This document shows positions 46,803 through 57,436 of a stretch of DNA of 64,000 nucleotides, one piece after another. The DNA is taken from assembly GCA_907165135.1 (NCBI GenBank), contig OU015566.1:13826001-13890000 (forward strand). Direction: 5' to 3'. Position 1 is the stretch's first letter, and each line of letters begins with the position of its first letter. Made by a program: the position numbers and the translations under genes. Source of the stretch: Oikopleura dioica (taxonomy: Eukaryota > Animalia > Chordata). Under the pieces are notes generated by a model. That model made no database searches. It was not told the DNA's origin and worked only from the letters and a program-made list of their open reading frames with translations.

Positions 46803-48062
46803 TTTTCTTGATGAAAGCTTTTTTGGTTTTTGACATCGGATTTGGCTGACACGAACTTTTACTTCTTTTCTTCTCCAAGCGCTGCGATTGTGGTGTTTAG
46901 CGCTAATTAGCGTTTTTGAGCGTTCGGAGAAGAAGACAGTCGCGAAGGTCGCAGGCTCGATTTAGAAGGGCGCTCCCATGTTTGAAGAATTTTTCTGGCG
47001 AGACCCCTAATTCCCTCTAGAATACTTCCGGCGCCCGTAACTCGCTTGTAATGGAGCGACTGGATTGCGCCGCTTCTTTAGATTGGGATTTTAGGGATTA
47101 GGGTCTTTTGGCGAGAAAGATAAGTACAGGACTCCTGGAGGCGCGAAAAAGTTAATTTCTGATAAGGGAGTAATGCAGTGCCCCAGTTATATCGACAGGT
47201 TAAAATTTTGAGCTGCCAAAATTTTTCTCTATTTTCTTCCTTTTTCTTATTTTATGAAGATAGTCTGAAAGTTCTAAAAATCAAGGCAATGTTTAAAAAA
47301 TTTATCATAGAAAATTTAAGGCAGGAGTTAACTGAGTGACCCCCTTATTTTTAATTTTTTTCTTTGCTCCTTAGACGGGCCTTTATTCAAACCCTTACCC
47401 TATAAAAATAAGGATCCACGGCATGAATAACGGTTTTTCTGGCATCATTTTTGAGTTAAACGTTTCGCGCCCCCACCCTTAATTCTATTCCTAATTCTGT
47501 TGATCAGAATTTAAATTGATTGCTGTAAGTGTCCGGAAATATGTCTAATCTTAATAGCGCCGGTCTAATATTTTGAAAATGAAGCAGTGTGATTTTTTAA
47601 ATTAAAAATTTCGCGTCCTTTTTAAAGAAATTTTCAGAAAATGTCAGCGAGCGTGTGACATGTTTCAACAATCACACCCAACGAGCCAGCTCGCAAACGT
47701 GGCGCTTGTCAATTCTAGCTCAGCTGGTTTATTATCGTGTATAAGTCGCCAAATAGCTTCGAGTTAGATCCGTTTATCGCAGAATTTAATGACCTAATGG
47801 GGCATCTGAAAAGGGGGAATTGGCGATAAGGAGTGGCGGAAATCACGTTGGAAAAACGAGTCAAAAAGACGTGTTGAAATCCATGTTGACACCCTTAAGT
47901 CGAGATGAACTTGGATAGGAGCTTTTTGACTCGAAAAAGAATCATAACAATTTGTCAAAAAGTAAGGATGTAGCAATAGAAAAACCTGATTTTCGAACGG
48001 ACTTTTGTCTGAGATTTAACATAGTGATACCCTTATTTTATTTCGCAAAAAGACAGCCTTAA

Positions 48063-48457
48063 GGGGGTAGAACTAGGTTTTTCGAAAATAGCCGATTCTA
48101 GACCGGCGCTCAAAGCGAGGAGAGCTTAGATTTTCAAATTCTCTCTTCGGTTGAAGAAAGAACAAACTTAGATCTAACAACATTTTTCTTAAAATTTTTT
48201 TTCGTCAACACATTTTGGCGCTAGAGAGCGAAACGTCAACCCACCTCTTCGAAAATCGCAATTTTAGCGTATTCGCGTCCTCAAATTTATCGAGTCACGT
48301 GACCAGCCAAATTTTTTAAATCTCATATTAAGATAGTTTAACCATTTATCTAGCAACATTTTTGAGGAAATTGCGTAATCACAAGTAAAAACAGGTTTTT
48401 CTTATTTAAAGTGCCCTCCGAAAATCACGGTTTTTCCAAAAATCTAGTTCTACCCCC
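48063..48457. mobile_element. TTAA-flanked Kolobok-like MITE
   Basis: Perfect 14-bp TIR GGGGGTAGAACTAG; TTAA at 48059-48062 and 48458-48461. Confidence 0.85.
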
Positions 48458-48573
48458 TTAAGCTTTTTCTTGAACCTTTAATACCGAAATTCTAAAAATT
48501 CTAGAGCTTTTTATCAAGATTTTTTTATTCAAATCTTCATTTTTCAATCATTTTCACAAACTTCAATTTTCAG

Positions 48574-51500
48574 ATGAATCGATCGATGAGATCTCCCTGA
48601 AAGAACAGATCATTTCCAAAGTCTCTTGCCAACCTGGAGACATCATCATCGAAAAACATGCGGCAAAAGAAGTGACGAAGATGCTTGAAAAACACGAAAC
48701 AGCAGCGGTTAGTCGCTACATCAAGAAGTTTTTGGACGATTGGAGGAGCCAAAAAGTCTCGATTGCGGTCTACGGAGATAAGGATAATGGAAAAAGCCAA
48801 TTGATCAACACTTTGAGGTAAAAAATGGAGCTGTTTTGGGCGCTAGAATCAAGAAAATAGGCTTTATTGCCTGAGTTAAGCTCGAAGCCAAGATTTTTTG
48901 CCGGTTTGTGATCAATTTTTGGTATTTTTGAGTCAAAAACGTAGATTTTTTGACCCAAAATCGGATAAGAGAAACAAAAAACGGGCGATTTTGGCTCAAA
49001 AAAGTATCATTTTTGCCCATATTCAAAAAAATTCTGTTCAAAAATCAAGTTTTTTGGGTTAAAATTAAGGCTCTAGAAAAAGTTCAACCTCTTACGAAAT
49101 TTTTAGAGGCACGAATTCGGCTTATACAGTGTCGAGCTCCTGCACGTCTCCAATGCCCTACGTGTATCCCTTTAATTCGAATATCCAATTTTGGGAGCTC
49201 CCGCCGATCGCGCGCGAGGGCCGCTACAAAAAGGATAAGTACTTAAAAGAAATAAACGCTTCCCGCTTCGATCTCGTCATCATTTTATCCTGCAATCGCT
49301 TCGCTATGACTTCGGATTGCTGGCTAGCCAAGCAATTCGAGGAATTAAAAACGCCAGTTATTTTCGCTAGGACTAAAGTCGATGAAAGCGTCGATCAAGG
49401 AAAGGTTCTTTCAATAAAAGATACAAAAAGCAGACTTCGAAAACCTGTGTGCAAAACCTGAGTCAGGGCCTGAAAGTGATTTAAAGAAAAGCCGCGCCAA
49501 ATTACAAGGTCGCTCTATTTTTCGAAATTTTGCGGCTTCAATTTAAATTAGCCGCGGCGCGGCTTATTATGCAATCACAAAAAAGTCCTTAGTAAGGTTT
49601 TCAAAATTCAAAATAGTCGATGAAATGTCTGAAAATCGACTCGAATTCGTTTTATTTACGAATTGCTTTCTGAAATCAAGGAAGAGTACCAAAAGAAAAT
49701 GAAAGAACCTCAAAAAGACCGTAAAACCTACCCACACACCCACAGTCTCGAGCGCTGCCTCGCCAGAATCCGCAAAACGGCGATGACTTCCCTCTCGGAA
49801 AAATCCATCAAAACCGAGAGTTTCTATATGATCGGCAGCAAAAAGCCGCTTTTGTACGATTTCGGCGACTTCATCACTGCTTTGGTCGATCGACTCAAGC
49901 CAGAAAAACGAGAAGCGTTTACGCTCAGCATGATTCCTGTCAATCCGGCTGTGATTCACAAAAAATACGAAATTCTGAGCTCTAGAATTTGGGTCATTGC
50001 CTGTTCCTCCGCTGCGAATGGTCAGAAAGTGCCAAAATCAGAGTCAAAGGTACTTTTTTCTTGGTTTATTGATGAATAATGGATTTAAGGCGGAATTGGA
50101 AATGATGTTAGATGAAGTGCGATTTTACAGAAAACAACTGGGAGCGCAGGAAGATGCGCTGCGAAAAATTAAGGACCGTGAACGTGACTTTCTCGGGGCC
50201 ATGGGAAAGATCAACTACACAAAAGAGGGATTAGAGGATTTGGTTAGAAAGGCAGAGGTGGAGACGGATGCTGATATGTTTGTTACGAGTTTGAAGGTAA
50301 GCAATTTTATTGATCAATTTTTATAAAATTCCAAACAACTTGAATAAAGTGGAACTCTACATAGGTGTATTCATCGTTTTTGAACTTGATGTGATCACCA
50401 AATCTTATATTCAGCATTTTTCTATTTTCTTGAGCTGTGTTCTCCAATTCAATATTTTTGGTGAATCTCAAACTAACGTCTCCTGGTCCATTGGAGTTAT
50501 TCAGTGTTTGTAATGCTCCTGAATTTGTCCAGAGTATTTTCCCTGCATTTTCGGCGGTGCCATCAGCACTAACGCATGCTGAGACTCGATAATCAAAGTT
50601 AACATCTTTTGGGAAAATTATTTCTATATCCGCATGGATTTGGCTTAATTCCGTATATATGCTCCATCCTTGTCCACCGATTCGCTCCTCCAAATCTTCA
50701 ACTCGCCTTTGCTTAAAGATACCATCTTCATCTTTAAATTCCTCATATTGCCAATTACGGCTTATATTCACGACCCTCTCTCCAGCTCGCAAAGCTTGAA
50801 GAAATAAATAACCCCTTTCTTCTGTATAAAAACGGCCTGCGATATTCCAGCATTTTTCTTCTGATAGCATTCTATCGAGTATCATTTTCTTTCGTTCTTC
50901 GTGAGTAAGTAAGCATTGTCTGAGATTATGTTTAATAACCGATCAAATTATTTTATATGAACCTCTGTGATAGTGCTTCATTCGATTTTTCTAACTGATA
51001 CAATCGTTTCTCAAGATCCATGATCTTTTTAGCATCTACAGAAAGCTGCGAACTCATTTTTAAACGGGATTTCTGGTCTGAATCTCTTTCAGAATAAAAA
51101 TTTGCAGACGTGTTTAATTTTCGCAGCTATAAACGTCTTTCAGATCATCTCGCTTCGCTGGTGGATGAGCCACCTAGGTGTTGGAGCTTCATTCACAAAC
51201 ACATGCGCCGTTCTCCGCTTTCTTCTCCACAATCTACAGAACATCGGCCTCAAATATCTCAAAATCCAAGACCAAGAAAAGATCGAAAAAGAAGAGCGTC
51301 GCATTCGAGCAAAAGAAGTCATCGAAAAAGCTCGCAATGGCGGTTCTTCTATCATCAAATCTTCCAGTTTATCATCAAAAAAGAGCTCTTCCAGCTCATC
51401 GGGAGAAAAGAAGAAAAAGAAGAAGAAGATTTCCTTGAAATCGGATGAAAAAGAAGATTCTGGTCAAGGAACTTCCAGCGGCGAGGATACTAAAATTAAG

Positions 51501-52147
51501 AAGGTGAGACCCTTAAGATCAGGATGGAGTAATTTTTTGTATTAGAAAAAGAAGACAAAGACCAAATCCGACTCCGAAAACGGCGAAAAGCGCAAGAAAA
51601 AGAGCAAAAAGAAGTCCGACGATAAAAAATCGGACAAATCCGCCTTTAAGTCCGAAAAACCAGCTCCCATCCGAGTCATCAAAATCAACAGAGTCATCAC
51701 TCGCGAGCACTTAGCCTCAGCCTCCCAGACCAGTTTTTCTACCAACGCAGTTACAGTCTTGGTAAGATACAGGAGCAAATTAAAGGGGGAGTCTAAAATT
51801 CCGAGCAAGTGATTATTGTTTTGTTGAGAGAATTAGTGTCCAAATTAGCGGCGCTCCCGTTTTGTAGCGGTCGACCACCGCCGCAAAATTGCAAAAACCG
51901 CCGTTTTTGTGAAACTCGGGGAAAGGTCTTTCAGCCACGCTCGTGGCCAGAGACTAAATGTTACTGTAGAAATAGGAAAATACTAAATTGCTAAGAACCT
52001 GATGCTCATTTCCGGTATTTACGGGCACGTCCGTATTAATTCAATTAAAAAAGTAGTCATCAATATTTTGATCTCTCGAAGTTCAACCAGATTTAAGATG
52101 GTGACACCCTTAATTTTGTATTTCAGAAGGACAAAGCCTCACTGTAA
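48574..52147 (+). CDS. Immunity-related GTPase (IRG/IIGP)-like protein with Lys/Ser-rich tail; first exon possibly at 47660
   Basis: G1 IAVYGDKDNGKS, G3-position WELPP, G4 RTKVD. IRG-like YDFGDF...KREAFTLS...KKYEILSSRIW and LGVGASFTNT. Stop at 52145-52147. Confidence 0.8.
50307..50885 (-). CDS. Intronless 192-aa ORF nested antisense in an IRG intron, function unknown
   Basis: Lies wholly within the GT-AG intron 50297-51143; globular-type composition. Confidence 0.6.
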   Translation of the reverse strand: MILDRMLSEEKCWNIAGRFYTEERGYLFLQALRAGERVVNISRNWQYEEFKDEDGIFKQRRVEDLEERIGGQGWSIYTELSQIHADIEIIFPKDVNFDYRVSACVSADGTAENAGKILWTNSGALQTLNNSNGPGDVSLRFTKNIELENTAQENRKMLNIRFGDHIKFKNDEYTYVEFHFIQVVWNFIKIDQ

Positions 52148-52419
52148 GAAGCCAAATCACCAAAAACAACTCTTCTCTGTTCTGAAACAATGAAAAATCC
52201 TCGTTTTTCCATCATCTGTAAATAAATTCAACCCTTTTCAAAATAAAATGAACGGTAATGCAAGTGACATTAAAGGTTAGAATTAAACGGAACCTGGATT
52301 TTTCGATGCATTAACCTTTTAAATCTTGAATTGCGGCGCCCCAATTTGAGACTCAAAAAATTCAAGAATTCAATTCATCCATTTCAAAAATCTGAATCAG
52401 GTCTAAATAGAACACCGAG

Positions 52420-55042
52420 ATGAAGATTTTTCCCGCGGTTTTTTCGACTGTCGCGGCGAGCTACGAGCAGCCAAAATACGATGCGTTTTTGCAGAGAGTC
52501 GTTTCTGGAGAGAAATCTGCCGGCTGGGGCCACCCTGTTGACAAAGTCGCGGCTCTTTGGAGCTTGTGCCCTGCAATGACTCCTCCTCAAAACGGCCAAA
52601 TCGTCTGCGACCAGTCGACTTGCGCCCTTGTCTGCGACGATGGATTCATTCCAATGGGCAGGCGAAGGACAAAGTGCAGATGGAACAGTACCAAGCAATT
52701 TTTCTGGAAAAGGACGCTCTCGGATTGCGACACTTGCACAGATTTGCCAAGTCCTCCAGCTGGCATAACTGCTGACTGTGGTAAGTTTTTGGGAAACGGC
52801 CCTGCTGCTAGGGCGAAAAAAATATTCTTCTATTTGTCATAATTATGGTCAAGTATGCTATGATCAACAAACCTTCACCAAGGTACTGATTAATTACGTC
52901 GAATAAAAAGGTCAAACAAGTACAGTTTTTTGTACAGTTATGGTCTCTCAAATCTAGAAAACCTAACTTTTCAAACTGTCTAAGCTCAGTAGGATGGTTT
53001 CAGAAACGGGCCCGTATCTGGGCGTACAAAAATAATTGGCTGGTGCAGATTAAGCATTCAGTTTCCCTCCATCGAGGTTTACTGACCAGCATATGGTCAT
53101 TGAAAGTATAGAAAAGTACTGTTTTTTATGTACTTATAGTTCTAGAAAAGCGGAAACATGGAAGTATCGCGCGCTAGATTTGAGGAATTTTGAGAATACG
53201 GCCCCCTTCGGGGCTAGCAGAAAAATTATTGAAGTATTGACCTTCCGAGAATAAATTCTTTAACTCACATCTCCTTCACCAAGGAAATCAATCACTAAGA
53301 ATTGATAGCTCTTCTGTCCAAGAAAAATACCAAAAAGTACAATTTCTTTGCCGTTTATGGTTACTAAAATCTAGAAACTCTTCATTTAGGAATCAACGCT
53401 ATTCGCAAAAAGAAATGCCTTTACAAATGCGACAATGGAAGCGAAATTTCAACTGCTGCTGGTGATTTTCTGCAGTTTTCTGCGGTTTGCGGTTGCCCCA
53501 GACCAGATCGCATTTGTCGCTGGAAGTCGAGAAAGGTTGGCGTCGTTGATTCAGCGAGCATCGCTGGCTGGACCTGTCCAAATCCCACTGTGCCGACAAC
53601 AACGACTCAGGCTCCAGGTTATCATCAATTGTTCTGTTCTTAAAAAATTTCACAATTCTAGCTACAACAACATCGACTCAAGGAGCCACTCAAAACCCAA
53701 CCAATCCTCCTACTTCTGGCTGCGACGCTTCCAAGCCTTCCACCTGCACTTCCCTTACCACCGCAGAAATTGGCCTGGAAAACGAGTGGTCCTGCCGAAA
53801 CTGCTTCAGAATCAACGCGCACTATCAACTTCCCGCTACTTGGCAAGACACTGATTTCGTCACGATCAAGTTCAAAATCCCCGTCACTTGGAGCACCTTC
53901 TCGCATCCAATTGACAATGTCCAAGCTCTTGATTCTGGCTTGACTTGGCGAATTAATTTTGCTGCTGGAGCAAATTTTGAATCGGGAATGATGTTTGATG
54001 CGAATTTGATGGCGCTGCAGACAGTGACGATGTCGAATTCGGCTGTTTTCGAGGAGATCAAATCTTGTCCCTGTACTAATACATCTGTAGGAACAACAAC
54101 TGCTTCTCCTGGCGGTGGAGCAACTACGACCCAAGCTCCAGGTCCAACTACAACAACCCAGGCTCCTGGTCCAACAACAACGACTCAGTCGCCCGGACCG
54201 ACCACTACTCAAGCTCCAGGCCCAACAACGACCCAATCTCCGGCGCCGACCACAACCGTAGCTCCCTGCACTCCTTTCAACACCCTCGGCAGCTTCACCC
54301 ACTACGATCTCCGCGACAACGACATTGAAAACGGCGCTTGCGGCTTGATGTGGAGCGGTAGCAATCTTGGAACAACCATGTTCGTCGCTTTGGATCAAGA
54401 TACCGACTACGACTCGAACAGAAACTGCGGCCGATGCATCAAAATGAAGTGCGAATGCACTCAGAGCCAGTTTCCAGGAGCCTGCGCTGCTGGACAGGAG
54501 ACCATTGCTATTGTCGCGGATAACTGCCCCGATGCAGGTTTGATTATGGAAATTGGGGATAAGAAATAAGGAGAGTGTTTTAGGATGCCATCAGGGTCAT
54601 GTGGATAGTTCTACCTGGGTCTGGAACTCGGTAAGCGGAAATGAAGCGCCTTCGATTTATGATGGAAGCTGGGAGTTTGTCGAGTGCCCAGCCGGATTCG
54701 TTCCTCACCCCGTTTCTCAGGTACCGGTCCCCCTTCTATGAGCCACTAGAACTCCTTCAGATTCGCTTCAAAACTGGCAGCTCTCAATTCTGGATGGCTA
54801 TTCAACCCTCGAATCACAAATTCGGCATCGTGAAAATGAGCATCAACGGCGTTGACCTTCCAAATGGTGGTGTCACCGGCGCTGTTGGAGAGAACTACTA
54901 CTACATCGCTGACGGAATTGTTTCGTCCTTCCCATTCACGATCGAGATTGAAAATACAAATGGCGAAACCGCCAGCGCGACGATCAATTCTGCGGCCGAG
55001 ATTGGTGATAATTTCTTTGTTGATCTTGATGCTCTTGTTTGA
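52420..55042 (+). CDS. Secreted modular protein (627 aa) with C-terminal two-domain expansin (DPBB + CBM63-like)
   Basis: Exons 52420-52780, 53390-53617, 53662-54537, 54584-54720, 54761-55042 total 1884 nt, in frame. D1: FTHY, GACG, CGRC, VADNCP, GHVDSS, WEFVECP. D2: IRFKTGSSQFWMAIQPSNHKFGIVKM, NYY, FPFTIEI. Confidence 0.9.
54120..54262 (+). repeat. Coding mucin-like (TTTQAPGP)n linker
   Basis: About 5 degenerate T/Q/A/P/G units within exon 3. Confidence 0.85.
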
Positions 55043-55154
55043 ATAAATCTCTTTCATTCTTCTTGATAAACAAGTTCAATGCCTCAGTCACATTTGTAAG
55101 AGCAAATAGAGTTGATTTAGAATTGAGAAGAACCACAAGATTTGAAAAGAGACG

Positions 55155-56990
55155 ATGATAATTTTCATTTTTCATTTGTCTTTATCGGGGGGCCCGGACT
55201 ATGTCGTCGAATGTCGTCAATGTCGTCGAATGTCGTCAATGTCGTCGAATGTCGTCAGATTTTTCTTCAAAAATGGAAAAAAAATCTAAATTTTGAAAAC
55301 AAATCTGTTCTAGGGAATGAAAATATGCTAAATTTGGCGGAACAATGAAGGCGGGTAAATAGAAGTGTAACCTGCCCCATCAATGAGTTTCCTACCACCA
55401 AACCCGCGGAGCGGGCACCTTCCATTCCTTATCATTAACTTATCAAAAGAATGTAAAAATATCGATTTTGAAGCATAATTACACTATTTTAAAGTAGAAA
55501 TAATTAATTACGGGGAATCTCGTCCAGTTTCTAGAATGAGATATTTTTATTTTTTTTCTCGATTTTTTTCATTGACGACATTCGACGACATTCGACGACA
55601 TAGTCCGGGTCGCCCGTCTTTATCTTATGCAACCAAGGAAAGAGCAGAAATAATAAAAATCAAGAAACACCGCCTTCAATTTTTTAATGCTCAAAAAGGT
55701 CTGCAGCGTCGATTTCTCCTGTGATTCCTTTTGCACCAACGAGAAATCTACTTCGATCCAAAGAGCTGCCACAAGATGCAAAGAAGCCGCTCAGGCTACT
55801 TTTAGCACTTGCACAGAGTCTTGTTTGGATGCCGATTGTGTTGAGCTCTGCAGAAAAGATCTGAACAATGAACTAGAAAAATGCCCCTGCTCTAAAAATT
55901 GGCTTCAAAATAATTTTAACTGGACTTCGGAGACATTTTTTGAACTGAAAGAATCAAGTTTAAGTTTAACAAAACCACCTAAATATGGTTCTATTTTTCT
56001 TTATGAACTTGTCAAAGTCAAAAAATCATCATCTTGGAAAACCTTATGAAAGAGATGAACCTCAAGATTAAAAAACTAGAATTGCAAAACACAGATGAGA
56101 ATAGAAGAATTGAAAATGATATCAACGAAGAGAAAATAAAGAGCCTTGAAAGTAAAGTAGAGGCTCTTATAAGTGAAAATGAAATATTTGCGTCTGAACT
56201 CTCAAAAATCACCAATCAAATCAACGAAGAAATGGTCAAAAATGAAACCTTTGGAGTTGAAGTTGAGGCGATAAAAAAACAAATACAAGAAATTGCTACA
56301 AATCTTACAACTCAACAAGAATCGCATTATAAGAATATTAGTGCTATTGCGAAGAAGCTTCAGAATGTAGTGGACAATGGGCCACTTGGAGGATATGGGC
56401 ATTATTTTGGAAAAGACGACTCGTCTGTGAGAGGCAGGATGAATGAAGAAGAAATCCAAAAAGTGCTCAAATTGCTCTCAATCGGTGCGAAAAAAGTAAA
56501 TTTCAAGGAAAGGGTTTTTTTTCTGATGAAGCTCAGGATTTTGAAAATAAAACTCCGAGAAGTTTGGGTACTCCGATCAGTGGGATGTCGAATCGGCTGG
56601 ATGGAGGCTGCAGTACAAAGAAACTAAAATTGGTGAACCAATTTATCTTTGGCTAAGCAATGAAAGTAAATAAAGCCCTAAATATAGATTCAAAGGGTAA
56701 TTTTAGACGGAGGCGTTCGGTTCAAAGCTGTAGCTGAAGAAATCCAGCACACAAGGGGGTGCACACGGTACGAGCTTTATAGCAAAAGCGATGGTCAGAG
56801 GCATTTTGTAAGGTTCAACGAAAATGATGAATGTGGTACTGTAAGATATAATATTGATATTCTGTAAAAACTACGAAATATGATTTCTGAAAAATATCTT
56901 TACTCGTCGGCAACCTTGATCAATGGCCATCTCAAGCAAAAAGTACCGTTGTTGTTAAATTCATTACGAGCCCAAGTGCGGAGAGTAAAT
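55155..56990 (+). CDS. Secreted Cys-rich + coiled-coil protein (possible MATH-like C-terminus); signal peptide interrupted by a MITE
   Basis: Removing the MITE gives MIIFIFHLSLSYATK, then VCSVDFSCDSFC...CPC, a coiled coil (ORF 56034) and FGYSDQW...GWRL...IYLWL. The 3' end is approximate. Confidence 0.6.
55187..55615. mobile_element. MITE with 9-bp TSD (Mutator-like) and ATGTCGTC subterminal repeats
   Basis: TIR GGG(G/C)G(G/A)CCCGGACTATGTCGTCGAATGTCGTC; TSD GTCTTTATC at 55178-55186 and 55616-55624. Confidence 0.9.
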
Positions 56991-57436
56991 CTTTTATTAC
57001 AGTAGAAATCAGTGAACCGAGCTGGCGGCAATTACTGACAATAAAAAATGCTCATCATTTATGCATTGGAAAGAGCAATTGAAAGAGATCTATATAAAGC
57101 GCGGTAACTTGTGCACTGACTTTTTAATTGGCGGGTGATTGAATATGCAAGCGGACAGCAAGTGGCTAGGTGGCCCGCTAGACTGAACAACGGTCGAAAT
57201 TAGGTGCTTGTTTCTGACTTTTTTCAACTACTAAATCCTCCTTGATCTTCGCGGCTTCCGAAGAGAGACTTGATTTTTAATCAGTTTTGTTGCTGCTTTT
57301 TTGATTGAGAGACTACTGCAGATTAGAAAAAGAAGGGAAGGGAAGGGATGATTAAAACATGCGCAGAGATAGGGGGGCTTATTGAACACAATCCAAATTG
57401 AGTTAGTAATAACCGTTGTTAACTTGGGGCGAAGAG

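Noticed and set aside
53658-54398. 246-aa minus-strand ORF
   Set aside because: Antisense shadow of the T/P-rich exon 3 of the expansin gene.
52420-55042. Expansin as bacterial or fungal contamination
   Set aside because: Four in-phase GT-AG introns (two of 40-46 nt inside the expansin itself), fusion to host-type modules, and host MITEs and genes on both sides.
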